A stretch of DNA of 63,846 nucleotides, the filler included, from Aduncisulcus paluster (taxonomy: Eukaryota): assembly GCA_024181965.1 (NCBI GenBank). It is 9 parts of 9 records of this genome, joined end to end, with 100 filler letters (N's around TTAATTAATTAA, not from the genome) between each part and the next. Parts side by side here need not be neighbours in the genome. Positions count along the whole stretch, not along the records: positions 25,555 to 36,044 come from BQXS01011398.1; positions 36,145 to 58,601 come from BQXS01011399.1; 7 more parts are not named here. One strand, 5' to 3'. Both the position numbers and the translations under genes were made by a program. The notes below the pieces were generated by a model, which did not search any database, was not told where the DNA came from, and saw only the letters and a program-made list of their open reading frames with translations. Shown in pieces: positions 35,114 through 46,466 of this stretch; within the stretch, counting starts at the first letter, position 1, and each line of letters starts with the position of its first letter.

Positions 35114-35707
35114 TCCAAGGATGTTGTGGCTTTTCTCCCTTGTTTTTTCCTCTGCCAATAGAAATTATTGGCTGCTGAACGAATCTCTCTTCTGCCATTG
35201 AAACATTCTGATGATGGTCACTGCCTTCACGACTTTTCGAATGAGTATCTCTTTTTTTTGACCATTCTTTGGCCCTATTCACAACAATAAAAGCATCTTA
35301 ATTCATGTTCAACATGATGTTGAATCACTGATTGAAGGGATCTTTCTGAAGCTGAGGAGACTACTTTAGAACCAGAATACCTCTCCAGTGGAGAGTCTTC
35401 AGAAATGAGGATAGTTTGGGATTCTCTCCTTGATTCTTGGATTTATTGAGAAGAATGGTCAATTATTTCGATCTTTTCCATCAGAACAACAGAAATCTTC
35501 TCCATCTATTTTATACAAGAGATGTTCTATTGTAATAAAGGGACAATACCAAACATTACAGCAGTTTAGACACCAATTTACCCGTTATAGATGGATTTTT
35601 GAAAATACAATTCTATTTTTAGAATTTCTATTTTTAGAAATGAATGAAACGAAAGTGAAATATTCTTCGATTTTAGCATTATTTTTTGACACTTCTATCT
35701 CGATATT

Positions 35708-36044
35708 CTATACAATTTCGCATTGATCATTTTGTGTTTTGTGTTGGGGTGATTTTGGTTCAAAAAAGGAATCCTCAAACAATAATTCAACACCAGCACT
35801 GGTTCGTTCAATAAAATCATATATATGTTGTTGTAAAGATCTTTCCTCAGCGACTGGCATTATAACAAGAAGGTGTTTGGAAGGCAAACATTTTGCAATA
35901 GAAGAATGTCTTTTATATCTTTTGTCTTTTTTTCTTTCCTTTTCATCATCGCTAAATTCATAACAATATTCACCGGATTGAATTACTTTACATATTGAAT
36001 AATTCATTCTCTTTCCAGAGATAAGATCAAAATATGTAACATCT
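35708..36044 (-). CDS. C-terminal end of a paralogue of the 41775..45722 protein, 5'-truncated
   Basis: HSSIAKCLPSKHLLVIMPVAEERSLQQHIYDFIERTSAGVELLF aligns with HSSIIQYTPPQHLLVKMPFDEERSLRQSVYDFVENTGGGVESLF. Confidence 0.75.
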
Positions 36045-36145
36045 NNNNNNNNNNNNNNNNNNNNNNNNNNNNNNNNNNNNNNNNNNNNTTAATTAATTAA
36101 NNNNNNNNNNNNNNNNNNNNNNNNNNNNNNNNNNNNNNNNNNNNT

Positions 36146-37435
36146 AGTGGGAATGCCAAGGACGAGAGTGATATTGAGGTAATTCCAATAATGCATTATT
36201 CTGCCGCGGACTTTGAGAAGACTTCAACTATAAATAGCCAGGATCAACTTTCTCAAAAGAAGAGTGTGCTTAATCCCAAACAAAAATGGAAAGCTATGGG
36301 TTCTGTTTCCTTATCATCTGCATCTGAAGCCCCCTCTGAGGAGAATTCCAAGAGTGATGAAGATATTATCCAAAGCACAAGTATGGTGGAACTGAAGCCT
36401 CGTCCGAAGAAGAAAGACCATCCTCTCTCTTCATCCGTCCTTCCTGATGTTGGCAGGGAAGCTCTGGATACTTCCAAGGTGGATGGGAGTGTTGTTGAAG
36501 CTCGTCCTCCTCCTTTGATGCCATCTAGAGAGGTTTCCATCTCTGAGCATGATCTGAAGGAGAGTGTTGAACATGGCTCTGTCATTGAGTTGGAAGAAGA
36601 GTCAGCTGACGATGAGAATGATGCCGAACATGCCGCTGGCATTGTGCGTCCACTTGTGACTCGCCCGTCTATTCCAAATAATTATGCATATGTAGGAGAA
36701 AATAGGGTTACTTTCAAAACTGTATATGACAAGATTCCCAATGAATTGGGTATCAATATCGAGATTAAATATCCTTCGTGGGAAGCAGGACTCTATTCTA
36801 AATTTAGAATTGACTATTTCTCAAGAGATTACGTCCTTACAAAGCTTATATCGTTTGTGCAGGAAAGGAGTTTGCATGGCCAGTCCAATGACATTGTATT
36901 TTCTTCCTTTGATCCTCGAATTATCTTCCTTTTAAAGTTAAAGCAAGGTCTTTTCCATCCAATCATGCACTTAACACTGGCTGAGAGTGTCAAATGGAAG
37001 AAATTCATTGGTAATACACACATGCTCTCCACGTGTGCTGATGTTCCCCTGTTGGACACAAGGTGTGCAATCTTGTCCAATGTAATTGATTATTCGATTG
37101 CTCTCGATTTGGATGGTGTGGTGTGCAATGTCAATACTTGCTTGAGAAACAAGTGGATGGTTAAGCGATGCCATGGATTTGGTCTTCGCGTGATCTGCTA
37201 TAATGTGAATCGCATGCATGGGGCTGTGCAACGTGAACTGAAGAAAATCAATGTAGACGGCGTTATTGCCGATGCTTTGACGGTTAAGCCGACCACAACC
37301 GAAGAAAGACCGTTTAGTAGCCGGGTGAATCTCGATGTGGAGGTTGAAGATAAACCTCTGGGAATTGTGGATGAAGACGAGGAATATTCCTCAAAAGAAT
37401 ATTTGGACGGTGATGCTTTTGAAAAGAAAGAATGA
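36146..37435 (+). CDS. Glycerophosphodiester phosphodiesterase (Gde1/GPCPD1-like), C-terminal half, 5'-truncated
   Basis: GINIEIKYP, IVFSSFDP, LKLKQ, LDGVV, GLRVICY and VDGVIAD motifs; the frame is open from the contig start. Confidence 0.85.
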   Translation, partial: SGNAKDESDIEVIPIMHYSAADFEKTSTINSQDQLSQKKSVLNPKQKWKAMGSVSLSSASEAPSEENSKSDEDIIQSTSMVELKPRPKKKDHPLSSSVLPDVGREALDTSKVDGSVVEARPPPLMPSREVSISEHDLKESVEHGSVIELEEESADDENDAEHAAGIVRPLVTRPSIPNNYAYVGENRVTFKTVYDKIPNELGINIEIKYPSWEAGLYSKFRIDYFSRDYVLTKLISFVQERSLHGQSNDIVFSSFDPRIIFLLKLKQGLFHPIMHLTLAESVKWKKFIGNTHMLSTCADVPLLDTRCAILSNVIDYSIALDLDGVVCNVNTCLRNKWMVKRCHGFGLRVICYNVNRMHGAVQRELKKINVDGVIADALTVKPTTTEERPFSSRVNLDVEVEDKPLGIVDEDEEYSSKEYLDGDAFEKKE

Positions 37436-37773
37436 GAAAAACAACAAAAAAGGGTCAATTATGAAATAACCTGTCCAATACGCAACTTTCTCATGAGAAT
37501 TTGCATTTTATTCCTATAATCCTGACATAATCTTACATATTTCTGTTGATTTCATCTTTAAAGTGTCATTAAATATCTTATATTGCGAATGTCATGCTCT
37601 TCCTTAGATATCATATCAAGAGTTTCCAAATATACTTTCCTTGATATAATACATTTTATTTATTAGTTGGTAACTAATTAAAAAATGAAATAAATTCCAC
37701 CATGATAGGTTTTCAAGTTTTTTTTTATATTATTTAAATTTGCTTTTATTTCTCTGAATATACAATATCTTGA

Positions 37774-40700
37774 ATGGAAGAATTCTCAAAAATTATCCGA
37801 GAACTATATTTTACTCAAAATACCCGACACTCTTCATATTTAATCTTGGATTCATTCCTAACAAATAGTTTTTCGTCTCAGACTCTAGATTTATCCCATA
37901 TTTCATTTTCAGAATTTAATGTTATCCACTATATTTATCCCCTTCTTAAAAATAGTTATTTTCGGTCGACAGTTGAACTTGTACTACTTCCTGAAGATAT
38001 TCACCAAAAACAACTCGCCATGCCTGAGACTTCTGCATTTGATTATCACGGAAATAGAATTCCGTCTGCTTTTCCAAGTCAATATCATTCCCCTCCGTTG
38101 TGTGTGATCCTTACAATCATTATTGAACTGTTAGTCATTCAACTACGTCGTTCTCTGGATATTTCCGGGAAACCATTTCAATTCACCCGTTCAAATCGTG
38201 TATTTGGTATAACTATGCTTCCTTTTGATGATAAATATTCTCTTCAAAAGAGAATAATATTAAATATAAATTTCTTGAATCTTGCAAGAAACAACTTATT
38301 AAACAGTGATATTCAAGCATATATTGACTCTCAATATTTTTTCATTTTGGATTCTGATTTTATTGTTCCAAATTTTTCTCTGATCAATGAATTATTTTCT
38401 GGAGATGATGGAGGACAACCTGGAACATTTTCTGGTCCAGATGGATATTGGTATTTCCCTCTACTCTTAATCATCTTTAGTACAGCTTATTCCGATAAAG
38501 AAGAGTTTGTGAACGTTCAAAATGGAATTCACTCTAATATTATGCAGAGGAATGTCAAGAGTGATGATCGCAAATTAGTTCTCCAAGCTCCCCAGAATAG
38601 AACATTAATTGTTCCTCAAAACCTTGATTTTCACTTATACGAAGCCGTATTTTCTTCGGTTGTATCTTTTTCTCGTATGTATGATACTCAACCTATTCAT
38701 CCGATAACTGGATCAAATTGGTTTGAAATGCTTCTCCTTGANNNNNNNNNNNNNNNNNNNNGATAAAGAAGAGTTTGTGAACGTTCAAAATGGAATTCAC
38801 TCTAATATTATGCAGAGGAATGTCAAGAGTGATGATCGCAAATTAGTTCTCCAAGCTCCCCAGAATAGAACATTAATTGTTCCTCAAAACCTTGATTTTC
38901 ACTTATACGAAGCCGTATTTTCTTCGGTTGTATCTTTTTCTCGTATGTATGATACTCAACCTATTCATCCGATAACTGGATCAAATTGGTTTGAAATGCT
39001 TCTCCTTGAAAAGACCAGGAGAACCAAAACAAAACGTAATTATATTCTGCATTCCACTTCAACAGAAATTGATGGTATTTCCAGAAGCTCACTTCCTTCC
39101 CTTGTCGCTGCTGACAAGATGAGACATGAATCCTTGAAATTCTTTGAAAGTTGTTCGATGACAAAACATTTCCAGGAATACGCATTCTCTTATCCATGCG
39201 ATGATTCTCCGTTGAAATTCACTTTATTTACGTCTTTTGATGATCGAAAAAGAGCCTCGTGTGAAGAATTTTTCGATTCTATTCTCACTTTCGCTTATGT
39301 TCAAACTCCGATAACCCAATCAAAAGAGAGCTTATTTAAGAGGAAAATACCAAACAAAAAAACTCCCGTGGAGTTCAGTGAGGATGATTGTAGGAGTGTG
39401 AAGCTTGCGAGATGTTCGTATATGTTTAAGTATGAATGTCTGTTCTCCTGTGAGGTATCAACCCTCCAAACGTTGCGAGGATGGTATCTTCTTGAAGCTG
39501 ATCGATATTCAAACTTTATAAAATCCTTACACTCCTCTTTTAATCCAGACATCAGTAGTAATTATTGTGATGAATTCTTTAGTTATGTCTCGACACATTA
39601 TCAGCCTTTTAGTTTCGTTAATGACATGTCATTATTCCTTTTATTTAATCAACATATTTCCTTAGATCCTAAAAATAGAATATATTCCTCCATTCTGGGT
39701 ATTTTGGAGCAGGTTAAATATAATGATTATTCTTGGAATTCAACCCTCATTCCCACTGACATGACCTGGTTAATCGAACCAATGGGAATCCTTTCTCTTG
39801 TGTTGCCTATCATTCTCTCCAAGATATCAAGTTGTAATGTTAATATTCCTCATGAATTATGGCAAATGGTTGGATGTTGTCCGGAGTATGTTTTAAGGGG
39901 AATTCTTTGTTCCGGCATTCAATTATCATCGTTGTATTGGAATAGAACACTCTCGGATGAAACAAGTGGGCTCAATCAGTTGTTGTCCAGTGTGTTGAAG
40001 CGGACAGATGGCAAAACTCTCTGCGATATTTCAATTCGTGAGTGTGATGCTTCCTATTTTATCATGCTTCTTGCCAGAACACTGCCGAAAACAAAGACTT
40101 ACAATGTTGAATTGACTAAATGTTCTATTTGCGTTGATTCACTAATTGGATTTATTTTGAATGGAAACCAACTTTCTGAGCTCTCATTTAATGATGTTGT
40201 ATTTATTGGAAATCCTTCTTATTCCGGCAAACTTGTCTCATCAATGGCCTCAGATCTTGACTGCATAGAGGGAGAACCTTCAAGATTTGACAAATTAAAC
40301 AATGTGATTCTCCGACAGTTATGTTCTATGGATGACATATTCCATGGATCCTCGAATCATTCCAAAAATGCTCAGGAGATTTCTAAAACTTATTTATTTT
40401 TGAACATTCAAGCGCATTATAATAGGAATGTTGCTCCAATATTGAATTTTGATCATTGTGAAACCATTGATCGAGAAATAAGAGAAGATGAATCTGTGTC
40501 ACGATTTGTGAGCCTCTTGAGCCCTAAAAAAGATATCCCTCGATCTTTTGTTCTTCATAATCTTCAGATTTTCGGGTGTTCATTTTCATGTTGCAACGCT
40601 TTCTTAGATTTTATTGATTTTCTCAATTGGATTGTTCTCAGGAGTTGTAATCTCAATAGCTTTGGTCTTAGAGACATATTTATGTGGGACATTCTCCCTA

Positions 40701-41524
40701 TTTCAGATATTATAACAATTATGACTCCCTTGATGATTCAGAAAGTTATCAGAGCTTTTCCTGACATGCTTTCAAAACGATTCTACCACCTTTCTCTTTG
40801 TGGCTTGTATCCCACTGATGAGTTTTGTGATGCTCTTCTTGAGTGGGCAGATAGTCCAAACATCCATCTTGTTGAGATTGAAATGAATGATCTATATCGA
40901 TTGAACTATACCTCGAATATTCTCCTCCCACAATCGACACTCGATCATAAACGTTGTATGGAGGTTATCTTGGGGACAAAGTCCATTTGTGTCAAACCTG
41001 ACAAGGATCAAGTTGCTTTTTATAAGGAAAAAATATGTCTTGTGGAGAAGGATATGATCAAAACAATTGAGAAACTTTTTTCATTTTTTTCAAAAAGCTT
41101 TAAACGCGATGATACTGCGCTTGAAGAAGACGAAGCATCTTATTTCATGTTCTTCTTTGAATATAATCCTGGTTTTGATTGTGTGTCGAGGAATTGCAGT
41201 CTTTTGAGAAAGTTTGATGAAATTATGCATCATATTTGTTCACAAATGACATATATATCTTTGTGGGAGTCAGTTCAAATATCTGTCAATGCTTTATATG
41301 TTCTCACTAACAATATTATTCATGCAAGAAATCTAGAACTCTGTAATATTGGATTTATGCCAAACCTACCTTCAAAATCGTGTTATGATATACTTCGAAT
41401 GTTTTATCATGCTTTTGAATCATGTCCAATGTTAAATATCGCTTCTCTTCCTTTCTTGATTGATGATGATTTGAGAGCAAAGTTAATCGATGAATTTCCC
41501 TCATCACCATTCATTCAAGAGTGA
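37774..41524 (+). CDS. Large protein with degenerate RNI-like LRRs (about 1160 aa after removing the 268-nt gap duplication)
   Basis: LDLSH, INFLNLARNNL and LSELSFN motifs. The two ORFs join in frame once the copy of 38494-38741 and the 20 N are removed. Confidence 0.65.
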
Positions 41525-41774
41525 GTTTCTTTGGGAATGAAGGAAGGAGATGTTTCAATAATGTTATATTACAAAAATATCAGAACTTAAATGCTTAAAA
41601 CTTGTGTTTTAGACAATAATATGCGAAAAATATTTATCATTTTCTATTTTTAGAAATTCTATTTTTAGATTTCAAAAAAATAGTTATCCCTCTATATCGA
41701 CAAATGTAGGAATATCGTCGTAAATTTGATGTTTTGAACAATTATTTGCTTGATTTCCGATGAATTCGAAAATT

Positions 41775-44700
41775 TTACAATTGAAAAGGTCGGAATCCAC
41801 AGCTATTCTCTTCTCTTTCTTCCTCGTTTCCCTCGATTATTTCCATCCCTTCCTTCCATGATTCCTGATCATACCCTTCAAATGAAACCTGACAAGTTTC
41901 ATGATCAAATAAAGATTCCACACCTCCACCTGTGTTTTCAACAAAATCATACACAGATTGTCTCAAAGATCTTTCCTCATCAAATGGCATCTTAACGAGT
42001 AAATGTTGAGGAGGAGTGTATTGGATGATAGATGAGTGTTTGATGCGATAGTTGTGTCCAAAAGAAAAAATACAATTCTTTTTTTCTTCATCTTCTAGCT
42101 CTTTATCCATTAATGTTGATTGTTTCCTTTGAGATGAAGTCATATCTAACATTTTATCGGGTATATGCGAATTAATACTTTCCTTCTCCATTATACCCAT
42201 TGTTGCTGATAAAGTATGAGATGGGTCTTCAATGCCAGGGGAAAAAAACCGCCGCTTACCAACAATATCATCGGTATGTTCATCTTTTGTTCCAAAACAC
42301 AATCTGCCACGTTGTATTGTTTGTTGGTCTTTTTTCATTTCCTTTTTTGTGATTATATTGACAACAAAAGTTATGATGGTATCAACATCAGCTTCTACAC
42401 TCATTCGACAACACACGTGTGAAGCATATGAATATCCATCTTTCTCAGGGCATAAAGATGTTTCAATTGAAGGGATTAATGACACTGGAGGAATAGAGTG
42501 GAGGAGTTTAGCAAGAAAAGGTGAAGATAGATAGGAAGATATATTAGAAAGATATCGATCAAAATGCATAAATTGCTTCATTTTATCGTCATATTTTGGA
42601 GATATCAGAGAAACAAGAGATGAAACAGTGGAGAACATGAAAATGAGATTGGACCAGACAATGATTCCCCATATATGGTTTCTCTTAATCATTATAGTTT
42701 CACACCATTCATCGAGAATATCTTTAATATTATCAAAGATTTCAACTGCATGTGCCGGATCACAACACAAATTTGAGAAGAATGATAAAACACATTCATG
42801 ATTATTCTCAACAATCTTATCCCCAACAAACTCTCTCTTAACAACATCAAGAACAGGGTGGAACAGAGGCCAAGCTTCAGAACAGAGGGATTTGTTGGGG
42901 GAGGTATTATCACTTGAGAGGGTGATGAATGATAGAATAAACATCCACTCTCCATAACACTTGCTATCATTGTATATCTTCAACCAATCTTTGATATATG
43001 GTTTGATGAGGGTGAGAATGGCGGATCGAGTGGAAGAAGCAGGAGAATTAGAGATGTTTCTGAGAGTTTTTAATAAATTTTGAGCAATTCTACCTCTCAA
43101 CTTTTTCTTACTTCCTCTCTCTAAAATACATTGGAACGTGGGAGATATTTCTGGTTGGAATAAGTCTTCCATATCTTCAACTCTGGCTTTGAAAGAATAA
43201 CACATACAAATTGAACAATACTCTTCATCAACATCTCCAGCCAACACCTGCCCAACTCTGGATAAATGACCAATGAAAGTGTCAATGAGATCATTTATAT
43301 CGGATGGAGGAAGATATGTTTTATCTCTAGAGATATCATATCGCATAAAACAACTTAAACACTTAATACATAAAGTAATTTCTCTCTGATGTTCCTTAAT
43401 ATCACAATTTGATTCGTGTGAAAGGAATTCAGATAAGAGTTGTTTATGTTCATGATATAGTTTTGATGGGGATGTAGAACCACGACAATGTTTGATAAGA
43501 TTGAGTAATTCAATTAACTTGTGGCAACAAGGTGAAGAATTGGAAAGATATCTTGTGTAATCTCCCCATAGGGCTCCATTATTTTTACACCATTCCATAT
43601 TGGCATCAAATTTTGGACAAATTTGGGGAATAATAGCCGGAAGAGTGGAGAATATAGAAATGAGTCTAGACCAGAATATGATACCCGATCTGTATTCTTT
43701 CTTCTTTATAGCTTCAAACCACCCATCAAGAATATCTTTTACATTGCCAAAGACTCCAACTGCATGTGATGGATCACAACACAAATTTGAGAAGAAGAGT
43801 AAAACCCATTCATGATCATCCTCAACAATTGTATCCCCAAGAAATTCTCTCGTAACCACATCAAGAACAGGGTGGAAGAGAGGCCAAGCTTCAGAACAGA
43901 GGGATTTGTTGGGCGTTTCATCACTAAATAGGGTGATATTTGATAGAATATACATCCATTCTCCATAACACTTGCTATCATTGTATATCCTCAACCAATC
44001 TTTGATATATGGTTTGATGAGGGTTAGAATGGAGGATCGAGTGGAAGAAGCAGGAGAATTAGAGATGTTTCTAAGAGTTTTTAATAAATTTATAGCAACA
44101 TTGCCTCCAAACTTCTCCTTGCTTCCTCTCTCTAGAATACGTTGGAACGTGGGAGATATTTTAGGCAGGAAGGAATCCTTTTTATCTTTAACTTTGAAAG
44201 AATAATATCCACAAATCTCACAATACTCTTCATCAACATCTTCTCCCAACACTTCCCCACATCTTGATAGGTGAGCAATGAAAGTGTCAGTGAGATCATT
44301 CAAATCGAGAATAGGGAGATAGATCATATTTCCAGAAATATCATGTCTGACAAACAATCCCAAACACAGAACACAAAGTACAATCTCCTTTTTGTGTTCC
44401 TCAATCTCACTCTTTGATTGGTACTCAAGGAAGACAGAATGAATCTCATCTCGATGTTCATGGTAAAGTTTAGAAGTTGACTCATAATCAGGGCATTTCT
44501 TTACGGAATCAATGAATTCCTTCCATTTCTTGAGAGAAGCATAACAATTACTGAGATACATTAAATAATCGTCATAGCTCCATCCTCCATTTTTCATACA
44601 CCAATACATCTCGTCATCGAATTTAGGTGAGAGTTGAGGAACAAGAGATGGAACGGAGGAGAGCATGGAAATCAGATTGGACCAGTATTTGATTCCAAAC

Positions 44701-45722
44701 ATATCACTTTTTTCTTCCTTCTTCTTCTTTACCAACTCAAACCAACTATCAAGAAGATCATCTACTTTGATGCATTGATGAACTTCAATGGCATGGCAAG
44801 GAATGCAACACAGATGAGCAAATAACAATAAACAACGAATGATACTTTCATCATCAAATAAAATACCCTTGGAATCAGTATCCGTAATCACATCCAAAAT
44901 AGGATGGAAGACAAACCAAAGTTGTGAAGAACGACCTTTGTGAACGTTTTCATTATCCTTATCACGAATAACATTCTTCAGAATATTTGTCCAATGCAAA
45001 AAGAACTTCTTATCAGGATACTTCTTCATCCAAGGTAAGATGTGAGGGAGAAGAAGGGACAAAAGGGAGTCTTTGGTGTAGTTATTTTCGGCAAAGGCGA
45101 AATTTCTACATGTTATGAGGATATCTTCGATGAACGAATTCTCAAGTTTTTGGGATATACCAAGAGCTAATATCTTGGAGAGAATAGAAGAGATTTGGGG
45201 AAATATTTTGATTCGAATGGATTCAACTTTGCCAAGAGAGACATTTAGAATCCTAAACAATATCATTGTGATTGAGCTCACGCCAGTTTCTTTTGTTCCA
45301 CTATCTTCTTCTTCTTCGTTAATGCCTTCTTCATTCATCCTCAAAATGGCTTCAACTTTGATCATTTGAGGCAAGAAAGAGTCAATGAGGTTTATAATGG
45401 AAGATTTATCAAGGATAATCTCAATATTTTCTTTATCTCTATCTTCAGGAGTTTCATCTTTTCTTTCTTTTCCATCTGTAGCTTCTTCTTTCGGAATTTT
45501 ATGCTTCACAAACAGGAATAAACATTCAAAACATAGAGTGAAGAGATCTCGATTGGATGTGATAGTAGAAGGTGTCGAGTATTCGTCAAAGATGGCCTGA
45601 AGACGTGATTGAGATTTTTCATAAAGTGATGTTAATTCAATGGTGGTCCTTTTAATAGAAACTCTCAATTTTTCAAGATATGTTTTGCTGAAAGGCTTTG
45701 TTGTTGGTTTAGAAACAAACAT
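41775..45722 (-). CDS. Lineage-specific helical (ARM/HEAT-like) repeat protein with about three units of roughly 337 aa
   Basis: 1315-aa ORF; highly similar DNA repeats offset by 1011 nt (e.g. 43023 vs 44034) plus a more diverged N-terminal unit. Confidence 0.8.
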   Translation of the reverse strand: MFVSKPTTKPFSKTYLEKLRVSIKRTTIELTSLYEKSQSRLQAIFDEYSTPSTITSNRDLFTLCFECLFLFVKHKIPKEEATDGKERKDETPEDRDKENIEIILDKSSIINLIDSFLPQMIKVEAILRMNEEGINEEEEDSGTKETGVSSITMILFRILNVSLGKVESIRIKIFPQISSILSKILALGISQKLENSFIEDILITCRNFAFAENNYTKDSLLSLLLPHILPWMKKYPDKKFFLHWTNILKNVIRDKDNENVHKGRSSQLWFVFHPILDVITDTDSKGILFDDESIIRCLLLFAHLCCIPCHAIEVHQCIKVDDLLDSWFELVKKKKEEKSDMFGIKYWSNLISMLSSVPSLVPQLSPKFDDEMYWCMKNGGWSYDDYLMYLSNCYASLKKWKEFIDSVKKCPDYESTSKLYHEHRDEIHSVFLEYQSKSEIEEHKKEIVLCVLCLGLFVRHDISGNMIYLPILDLNDLTDTFIAHLSRCGEVLGEDVDEEYCEICGYYSFKVKDKKDSFLPKISPTFQRILERGSKEKFGGNVAINLLKTLRNISNSPASSTRSSILTLIKPYIKDWLRIYNDSKCYGEWMYILSNITLFSDETPNKSLCSEAWPLFHPVLDVVTREFLGDTIVEDDHEWVLLFFSNLCCDPSHAVGVFGNVKDILDGWFEAIKKKEYRSGIIFWSRLISIFSTLPAIIPQICPKFDANMEWCKNNGALWGDYTRYLSNSSPCCHKLIELLNLIKHCRGSTSPSKLYHEHKQLLSEFLSHESNCDIKEHQREITLCIKCLSCFMRYDISRDKTYLPPSDINDLIDTFIGHLSRVGQVLAGDVDEEYCSICMCYSFKARVEDMEDLFQPEISPTFQCILERGSKKKLRGRIAQNLLKTLRNISNSPASSTRSAILTLIKPYIKDWLKIYNDSKCYGEWMFILSFITLSSDNTSPNKSLCSEAWPLFHPVLDVVKREFVGDKIVENNHECVLSFFSNLCCDPAHAVEIFDNIKDILDEWCETIMIKRNHIWGIIVWSNLIFMFSTVSSLVSLISPKYDDKMKQFMHFDRYLSNISSYLSSPFLAKLLHSIPPVSLIPSIETSLCPEKDGYSYASHVCCRMSVEADVDTIITFVVNIITKKEMKKDQQTIQRGRLCFGTKDEHTDDIVGKRRFFSPGIEDPSHTLSATMGIMEKESINSHIPDKMLDMTSSQRKQSTLMDKELEDEEKKNCIFSFGHNYRIKHSSIIQYTPPQHLLVKMPFDEERSLRQSVYDFVENTGGGVESLFDHETCQVSFEGYDQESWKEGMEIIEGNEEEREENSCGFRPFQL

Positions 45723-46242
45723 TATTGCTATACTGGTAGGTGTTAGTCGTTGGTGTTATTAATTTCAATATGGACTTAGAGTAACCTGGATTTTGTTTGG
45801 ATTTCTTACGAATAGAGCGACAATCGAGAGAAAAAAGAGAAGGTTACGAAAATCAATGAGATTAAGAAAAAATGACAATATTATAGGCCATAATGGATAA
45901 TAAAACAAAATAGAATACAATAAAAAATGGTAAATATTCACAAAATATCAGCAATATTCAGAAATTGAGAATGGAAAAGAGCCTCTTTTAAAGAGGATAA
46001 TATGTCCAAAAATACATACTTTTCTAATGAGATTGTGCAATATTTATAACGATAATTGGCACTCTAATGGATACTTAATAATGCCTTGAACGAAAACAAA
46101 GACAGTTTCGTTTTTGTCAACAGTATTGTTTTGAATGAATCATTTCCGAGTTATGAAATGTTTTTAACTGTTTATAGCACCATTTCAAAACAATATATTT
46201 GTGAATTCGGCCCCTTTATGTATTTTTTGAAACATCGCTGAT

Positions 46243-46345
46243 ATTAATCCCTTTTCCATACTATTGCGTCGTGTCATGAAAGGTGCATATATCTGTGTGA
46301 ATAGGAATTGCAGTTTACCATCTCTTCTCTTCACTCTCACCAGTT
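46243..46345 (+). pseudogene. Short remnant of the 'MKGAYI' family
   Basis: atgaaaggtgcatatatctgtgtg... translates to MKGAYICVNRNCSLPSLLFTLTS. Confidence 0.65.
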
Positions 46346-46466
46346 TTTATGTAAAGAATTCCCGGAATTCTATTGAGTATGACGTACTCGAGTATGTCAT
46401 CCAACAACTTTATTTAGTATAGTAGTTTGTAACAACCTAACAAGTAAATATATTTATGGCATAACC

